In this document: in pieces, positions 56,101-64,000 of the stretch
Layout: every line of letters starts with the position of its first letter
Position numbering within the stretch: the stretch's first letter is position 1
NCBI GenBank assembly: GCA_051294375.1
Contig: CM119265.1
Span: forward strand, 8,812,772-8,876,771
DNA: 64,000 nucleotides
Origin: Paraspadella gotoi
Taxonomy: Eukaryota; Animalia; Chaetognatha
Reading direction: 5' to 3'
Notes under the pieces: generated by a model
Seen by the model: only the letters and a program-made list of their open reading frames with translations
Database searches by the model: none
What the model was told of the DNA's origin: nothing
Made by a program: the position numbers and the translations under genes

Positions 56101-58960
56101 TCTTTTCCTTTCCTTTCCTTTTCTTTTTATTCTTTCCCTTTCTCTTTCATTTACTTTTCCATTTTCTTTCCTTTTCCTTTTCCTTTTCATTTCCTTTCTT
56201 TCCTTTTACATTTTCTATCCCTTTTCTTTTCCTTTCTTTTTCCTTCACTTTCCCTCCTTTCCTCATTCCTTTCCAATTCGGTTGTCGCTACCGATTAATA
56301 TTCGTGCAAAAAACTATGTTGATACTTTTTTTTCGAATCGATCGAGTCCTTGTTTTTGTTTTGTTGTTTCCCGTCACTCATTACCTCCTTTTTTCTCTGC
56401 NNNNNNNNNNNNNNNNNNNNNNNNNNNNNNNNNNNNNNNNNNNNNNNNNNNNNNNNNNNNNNNNNNNNNNNNNNNNNNNNNNNNNNNNNNNNNNNNNNNN
56501 NNNNNNNNNNNNNNNNNNNNNNNNNNNNNNNNNNNNNNNNNNNNNNNNNNNNNNTTTTTTCCCCTCTCTCCCCTTTTCTCCCTTCTGTCCCAGGTTTTCA
56601 ACGTCACTCCGTCACGCAACCTCGCGTGGCGTCGACGGCGACAGTGGCGTCGCTCCCGACTCATCCATCCGTTCCTTCGTCGCTGCTGCTGCGTCGCTGC
56701 TGCTTCGTCGCTGCTGCTGCGAAAAAAAAGCGTCGGCTGCGGCGGCTTCTGAGGTTGCAGCGTCGAATCTCATTTCCCGGTCGTTTTCAAACTTACCTTT
56801 TGTCCCAGTTTTTTTTTTAAGTAAGTTTATATGAGTTTGTTGTCTATAGCATTCGAACGACTTGTGTTGGAAAGTTTCAAAAGGGCTGAATTATATTTAC
56901 TTTACGGTATTTCCGCGTCCTTTATATCTCTTGCTTATTGAGACCATTNNNNNNNNNNNNNNNNNNNNNNNNNNNNNNNNNNNNNNNNNNNNNNNNNNNN
57001 NNNNNNNNNNNNNNNNNNNNNNNNNNNNNNNNNNNNNNNNNNNNNNNNNNNNNNNNNNNNNNNNNNNNNNNNNNNNNNNNNNNNNNNNNNNNNNNNNNNN
57101 NNNNNNNNNNNNNNNNNNNNNNNNNNNNNNNNNNNNNNNNNNNNNNNNNNNNNNNNNNNNNNNNNNNNNNNNNNNNNNNNNNNNNNNNNNNNNNNNNNNN
57201 NNNNNNNNNNNNNNNNNNNNNNNNNNNNNNNNNNNNNNNNNNNNNNNNNNNNNNNNNNNNNNNNNNNNNNNNNNNNNNNNNNNNNNNNNNNNNNNNNNNN
57301 NNNNNNNNNNNNNNNNNNNNNNNNNNNNNNNNNNNNNNNNNNNNNNNNNNNNNNNNNNNNNNNNNNNNNNNNNNNNNNNNNNNNNNNNNNNNNNNNNNNN
57401 NNNNNNNNNNNNNNNNNNNNNNNNNNNNNNNNNNNNNNNNNNNNNNNNNNNNNNNNNNNNNNNNNNNNNNNNNNNNNNNNNNNNNNNNNNNNNNNNNNNN
57501 NNNNNNNNNNNNNNNNNNNNNNNNNNNNNNNNNNNNNNNNNNNNNNNNNNNNNNNNNNNNNNNNNNNNNNNNNNNNNNNNNNNNNNNNNNNNNNNNCGCC
57601 GCCGCGGCGATAAGACCCCACCCCGGGCGGCGTCGGACTGAACCTTTCCGACCGACCCATAACTTACCATCCCGCTCCCCTTGACAATATTCCCCGCGGA
57701 CGTCGACCAGCGGAGTTGGTTTTGACGACCAACCGCCGTTCAGCTCCCGACCTACCGATCACTTACCAACTGGCGACACGCTAAACTCGCATGCGCCAGC
57801 TTTATACCCTTTTACTGGAAAGCTTACTCCCCTTTCTAACCTCATCTTTTCCTCACCTTCAAACCAACAATAAAGTTGAACTGATTTCCACAGTCCCTTT
57901 TCTGTCCTTTCCCNNNNNNNNNNNNNNNNNNNNNNNNNNNNNNNNNNNNNNNNNNNNNNNNNNNNNNNNNNNNNNNNNNNNNNNNNNNNNNNNNNNNNNN
58001 NNNNNNNNNNNNNNNNNNNNNNNNNNNNNNNNNNNNNNNNNNNNNNNNNNNNNNNNNNNNNNNNNNNNNNNNNNNNNNNNNNNNNNNNNNNNNNNNNNNN
58101 NNNNNNNNNNNNNNNNNNNNNNNNNNNNNNNNNNNNNNNNNNNNNNNNNNNNNNNNNNGAAAACGCGTTTGAAACTCGAATCGATTTTCAAACTTGAGCC
58201 TCACGAATTTCGACAAAAACGGATGAAGATTCGGTAAATTAGGTTTTTATATTTTATTAAATTTTCGTTGGATTTTATCAGTTTCTTCTAACACTAGTTA
58301 ATTAATTGTCTCACACAAAAAAATATAAAAAAAAAACTGATCAAAATTCTGATCAGAATGATCCAGTTGTTTACTATGTAGTTTCGCGCGTGTCCCGGAA
58401 GATCTCGCCATTCGAAAGTTTGAATGGAGCAATCGGAGTCAGACGGGTTCCGGACTGGAACTCCGGACCCAGAGATCAAACCTCGATCTCCTTATTTCAG
58501 ACCCTTGACCCTAAAGTAATCTCCCTGGATAGAAATTCAGGAAAGAGAAATTATTGTTTATTGTCTTGAGTTTTCTTCCGTCAGGAATTTTCTGGAAAAA
58601 AAAATTCGATGACGATTGTGATGACGTCAAAGTTTAGTCGTCGTCGTCGTCGTCGTCGTCGTCGTTACCGGCTTGAAGTTTTTGGCATCGGGATTCATTA
58701 GCTGTCATTACATATTGTCATTTGAATCAAGCCTTCCTCTTTGTCTTTGTTATAACTTTCGTGACTGTCATCGTTTTCAATGTTCCTATCGTCGCCTAAA
58801 AAATATCAATTTAAATTCGAATTCGAACTCAGTCATCCCGCGTATTTCGGGACATAAATATTTTTTAGATATTATCCGGATCCACCGTTTGAGAATCGGG
58901 GCCAATCCCAGGTCAGTTTAGGTCATTAAAGTAAGGGCAAGGTCGGTTCCGTGTTCCGGT
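50190..58960. repeat. Large inverted duplication: 55758-58960 is a gapped, deletion-rich reverse complement of ~50190-55331
   Basis: For example, cttcagagtcaaa at 55758 vs tttgactctgaag at ~55320, and gtcggttccgtgttccggtcg at ~58942 vs cgaccggaagcacggaagccgac at ~50188. Confidence 0.9.
54233..55208. mobile_element. ~1-kb AT-rich fold-back (MITE-like) insertion containing an R1 copy
   Basis: Absent from the inverted copy, whose junction reads cgtac-AGT-cagag; AGT flanks both sides. Imperfect internal inverted arms. Confidence 0.55.
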
Positions 58961-59538
58961 CGTCGCGATAGACCAAAAGGTAAGTTAGAGGAAAACAAAT
59001 CGTAAAGGAAGGAGGAGGGAAAAGATGAACTCGGACTTTATGTGGCTGGAAGAGTAGAATTGACGTTTTATTATTGCTTAACGATTAATATGCACGAAAA
59101 GGGTTTTTTTTAAAGGCCCCGTGGGCGGGAGGAAGGGGAGAGAGAGAGAGAGAGNNNNNNNNNNNNNNNNNNNNNNNNNNNNNNNNNNNNNNNNNNNNNN
59201 NNNNNNNNNNNNNNNNNNNNNNNNNNNNNNNNNNNNNNNNNNNNNNNNNNNNNNNNNNNNNNNNNNNNNNNNNNNNNNNNNNNNNNNNNNNNNNNNNNNN
59301 NNNNNNNNNNNNNNNNNNNNNCTTGCCGGATTCCCTTTGATCTAGGGAGCTATGTTTTTTTAACCGAGACCGGGCGTCGACTGTAGTCCCACCCCAAAAA
59401 AAGATACAGTACATGTCCAGTCCACTGTCCATTGTTCAGTAACGTCTATAGGTCTCGAGAAATTTCGTAAGCGCTAATGTAAACTCATTAGAAATTTTAA
59501 TAAATTTGCGAGAGGGGAAAAAACTGCGTCTCTTTCTC

Positions 59539-59576
<38 letters not shown>

Positions 59577-60488
59577 NNNNNNNNNNNNNNNNNNNNNNNN
59601 NTAGAGACAAAAAAAAAAGAGAAAAAAAAATAGGGCGTTGATGGAAAAGAGATAAATGTAGAAGAAGGAGAGAAAAAAAGAAGAAATTAAGCAGGGGACG
59701 AGAAAAAAGAAATGGCGGGAAAAAAAAAAAAAAAGATTCGTTCTCCATTACAGGAAAAGAGGAAAGAAACAAACAATACGATGGCGGTCGTGTCGGCAGG
59801 AGGAGAAGTAATGATGTCGAGCGAGTTTTGCAGTGGATGCATCCCTTGGGGAAGAGGCCTCTTCTATTCGAGTCGAACTCTGGAATTGACTTTGGAAAAG
59901 GATTCGCTACAAAAGTAGAATATACTCCTTTTTATTTTTGGATACCAAGTCGAAATTTTTTCAACTTATCCGAAATGGTTCGTGACATCTTGCGTCTACA
60001 GGGTTTGTTTACTATAAAAAACCGCTCTAATTTATTGCACGTATGGCTACAGTGGTAATTTATTAATTTTCAATGTAAAAATTAAATTTTAAGATTAGCT
60101 TATTTGTTTAATGCATTACATTTATATTTGATGTTCGCTCTGATGATCCAAATCGTTACTAAATGAAAGATTTCATTGCTATAGATAATAATTATTAAGC
60201 AGTTAGTATGTAAGCTATTCAGCCTACCCCAAGCTCACTCCACACCCAACCCCTTCCTTCCTATGCCCCCAAACCACGCCACCTTGCCGATGAGAATTTC
60301 TGTTTTTTTGGCATGATGGCGACGGGTTCCTCTCATCATTGCGTCACCCCTTCGGTCCGTTTTGTCCGTTCCCTTCCGTCCCAGGAGTTCGGTCCCCACA
60401 CTAAACCCTCTCACTCTCACTCTTTTTCGTGCTCACAACAATTTTATCACGTCTTACTCGCCGCGCGTGAGAGAGAGAGAGCAGAGAG

Positions 60489-60531
<43 letters not shown>

Positions 60532-61279
60532 AAGAGGGGAAGGGGAAGGGAAGGGGGCCAGCGTGAAGGAGACTCTCTCTCATCTCTCTCGTAAAGGCTT
60601 CGCTGTCAACGTCACTTTTTCTTTTGACAATTTTTTTTTCTTCTCTTCTTTTAATTCTTTTTTTTGCCCCCTTTCCTCCCATTTTTTCTTCCTCTTGTAT
60701 TCCTTTTTTTTTTCTCTCTGAATTTTATCTCTCCTTTTCCCTTTTTTTTTCTCCTTCCTTATCTGTCCTTCCTTTCCTCCTTTTTCCTCTCATCTCTTCT
60801 TAATAAACCTTTTTCTTCCTTTTCCTCCGTTCCTCTCTCCCTTTCTTTTTCCTCCCCATTGTCATTCTATCCCTTTCCTTCCTCCCTTGTTTTTTCTCCG
60901 GTTTTAACTCGTTCGCTCTCTGACTTTGACGATTCTCCTTGACCACGAAGAAGCGTCATGGACGTCCATAACGTCCGAACGTACTGACGCCAAACATCAG
61001 ACTCAGCGCCATAACAACTCACGAACAATCTTCGCCAAAAATCCAAACAGTTTTCCTGCATGATTATCATAAACCAAATAACTGAAAATGCTTTATTAAT
61101 TTTAATAAACAAAAATTCTTCAATTTGTCTTAAAGTCTATCTCTCGCTTCTATCAAGCTAAATTATAAAACAAATTTAAAATTAAAATTTATCCCTTAAG
61201 CCCTATTCATTTCGTCTTATTCTTCAATAAATCTCATAATTACACATATACAACCCTATCTACACTAATTTTTTCTATT

Positions 61280-64000
61280 TTAAAAAGTAAATTTAATCTA
61301 AAGATTTCGCAAAAAAATTTTTTAAAAATATAATAAAATAAAACATCAATCAAATTACCTTCGATCAATTAAGACCAAAAAATACTAAATACAACTATTT
61401 AAAAATCGCAAAAAATACTTTATTATAATTAAAAAAAACAATCTCGTTCAATTATTAAAGCCCCCCATTTTTTACTTCCCTTTATATCCGAAAATAATTA
61501 GAATAAGGTATAAAAAAATTTCAAAGCGGGTGTTTTCTTTATATATTCTGTTGATAAAAATTTTGGAAAAAATATTTAATTATTTGTCTGTATTTGCCGT
61601 ACAATTGAATTTATAATCTACTTCATTATCTACAAAACATTAGGCTTTAATTAGACCCTTTCCCACCTTTTTTTTTATCGATGTTTATTATTAATTATCG
61701 GTTTTAAAAGTTAAAACTTTTAAATAATTAAAAAATAATCATTAGTACTTCAAATAGAAGTTTTTTCATTTTTTTAAAAATAAAGATACAAAAATACAGG
61801 TTCACTTATAACTTTAAAACCAAAGTTAAAAAAAAAACTAAGATAAAATTATAATAAAAATAAAATAAAACAGATTTTTAAACTTGATTTTATTATAAAA
61901 AATAATGATTTTAATGAAAACTTAAATCTCAAAAAATAACAGGATATATAATTGATTAATCCAAAATCTTCATATCCAGTTTAAATAGCAAAATAATTTG
62001 TTATATTAATAAAAAAAATTTACAAAATATTAATTAAATAGTAAGCTCACTCATATTTTATATATATTGTTAATAAAAAAATGTTCCAAGAATATAACAA
62101 GTATTAAATGGCATTAACTTTAATTACTTGAATAAAATATATATTAATAGTTTTTAAAAATATTTTTTTAAATTTTTTAAAATATTTTTATAATAAAATT
62201 ATATTAATTAAAAATAAATTTATTTTATAACCTACCAAAGTAGAACTGCATTTGTATTATATACTAGAACATATTTGTATCTTACATTTTTTAAAAATTA
62301 ATCCATTTGAAATTACTAATTGAATAATCTTTTTTTCTATTTAAATTTGTACTTATAATTCAATAAAAAAAATGTAAAAAGTTAGAAGGAGGTTCAATTA
62401 AAAAAGCTTATGCTTTGGTAGATAATGTAGCATAAAAGTTCATTGACTTCAAAATTAGTAAGGAGCATATTCACTATCACTACTAAAATATTTTTATAAA
62501 AAACTTTATTAGTATTACCAAAAAATCCTGCTCTTTAGGAATTTTGCTGCCCTACTACATTAAGTGCTAAAAAAATGAAAGAGATCATTGATAATGAAAC
62601 CAATAATAAAACATAAAAGCTATAAAATATAAATGATGCAATACCTCTTTTTCTTTTCTTTATATTAAAGAAATAGGGAAAATTGTTTAACGATTATACG
62701 AATGGACATGGTTTCGGCTAGTTGACTTCAAGCTTCATCACACATTTAACATGTCCGGTCTCTTAAATAAATATAAATCATTGTAACAAATTTCAAAAAA
62801 ACTTGGTTTTCTCGAATATAAAATTAAAAAAAAAAGAAGGAAAAAAAGTTAAAAAACGGTACTGATTTATAGATCCACAAAATAATATAATTAAATCCAA
62901 AAACTCTGGCCAAAAGGGCTTTTAATAAAAAGGATTAATTAAATGTAACGAAATTTAATTTTTTTTATCAACGGATATTTCTTATAATTTTAAAAATCTT
63001 AAATTATTTAACAAAAAGTTTAAAAACAATAGTATAAAACTATAATATCAATTTTATTCAAGGTATTAAAATTAATGCATTATACTTGTTAATATTTTGA
63101 ACATTTTTTATTAACAATATAGTATCAAATATTGGAGTGAGCTACTTTTATTATTTATTACTTTTGTAATTTTTTTTTCATAAATCGATGAACAAATATT
63201 ATTGCTATTAAAAAGCTGGGATATGGAGATGTGGAATAAAGCACTCAACTAATATATACCCTGTTATTTTTAATTTGAGATATAAGTTTTAATTAACATC
63301 ATCTATATTTTTATAATAAAATAAAGTTAATAATTTGTTTTTTTTTTATTAATTTTATATAATTATAAAGTTTTATTTGTTTTAAACATTGTTGTTTTTA
63401 AACTTATAAAGTAGAATACTTGATATTGTTATCTTTATTTTTAAAAAAAAGGGTTGCTATTTTGAAAGTACTAATTGATACGTAATCTGTTTTTTGTAAA
63501 GAAAAATTCTTAAGTTTTTACGTATAAATTCAATATGAAAAAATTGTAAAAAGTTGGGAAAAGGTCTAAAATTAAAAGCATTATGTTTTTGTAGATACAT
63601 GGATGAGTATAAACATTTTCAAATTGTTAAGCATACAGACAAAAATATTAAATAAATATTTTTTCAAAAATTTTTTTAAAAATTTAACAATCTCATACTC
63701 CTGAACAAAGATTAAAAAACTAATACACTATTTAACGCCAATAGAAACCCAAGGTTTACTTAGGAGGATTTAGTCTGTTTTTATACCTTATTTTACATTA
63801 TTTTCAAAGTTTATAAGGGGAAATAAAAAAATGTGACTTAAAAATGCCGAGATTCGGGTTTTTTAACATCCAATAATTGGAAAAGTATTTTTTTGGATTT
63901 TTAAAAAAATAAAGAGTATGTAAAATGAAGGTATTTTTTCTGCTCTTTAAATTGACGCAGGTTAAATTTATTCTGACTGATATTTTTTAAGATGTCTATC
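61280..64000. repeat. Degenerate AT-rich inverted repeat (arms ~61.3-62.2 kb and ~63.0-64.0 kb)
   Basis: tacaaaacattaggctttaattagaccctttccca (~61631) vs tgggaaaaggtctaaaattaaaagcattatgtttttgta (~63555); aataaggtataaaaa (~61502) vs tttttataccttatt (~63778). Confidence 0.7.

Noticed and set aside
52726-60942. Long Phe/Lys/Ser-Leu-rich and X-containing ORFs
   Set aside because: They arise from poly-A/T runs, (CT)n tracts and N gaps in low-quality sequence.

Overview
Intron-containing, AT-rich invertebrate animal DNA; the species cannot be identified from the sequence. Every host gene I can support is on the + strand. In order: (1) three tandem paralogous receptors with a Cys-rich domain, TSP1, TM and a disordered tail (88-7887); (2) Kidins220/ARMS (10626-28363); (3) a tightly spaced run of NDUFA2, an intronless MUN+DEP protein, MRPS36/KGD4, a roh/CG30415-like microprotein, COX7C, UQCRH, an unknown 88-aa membrane protein and C9orf72, which looks like an operon enriched in mitochondrial subunits; (4) the first exons of Lhx3/4 in a large CpG-rich non-coding region. 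The main finding is a non-coding miniature LTR element (TRIM; Trp-type PBS, PPT, 4-5 bp TSD) present as seven LTR copies. An intact LTR carries a tRNA-like module followed directly by a circularly permuted (P5-type) twister ribozyme-like fold, so this is a candidate animal 'twister retrozyme' that would release a ~414-nt circularisable RNA. Parts of the window (~14.9-23.6 kb and >53 kb) show N gaps, indel noise and fold-back duplications that may be assembly artefacts. All calls were made by eye, so exon boundaries are approximate.
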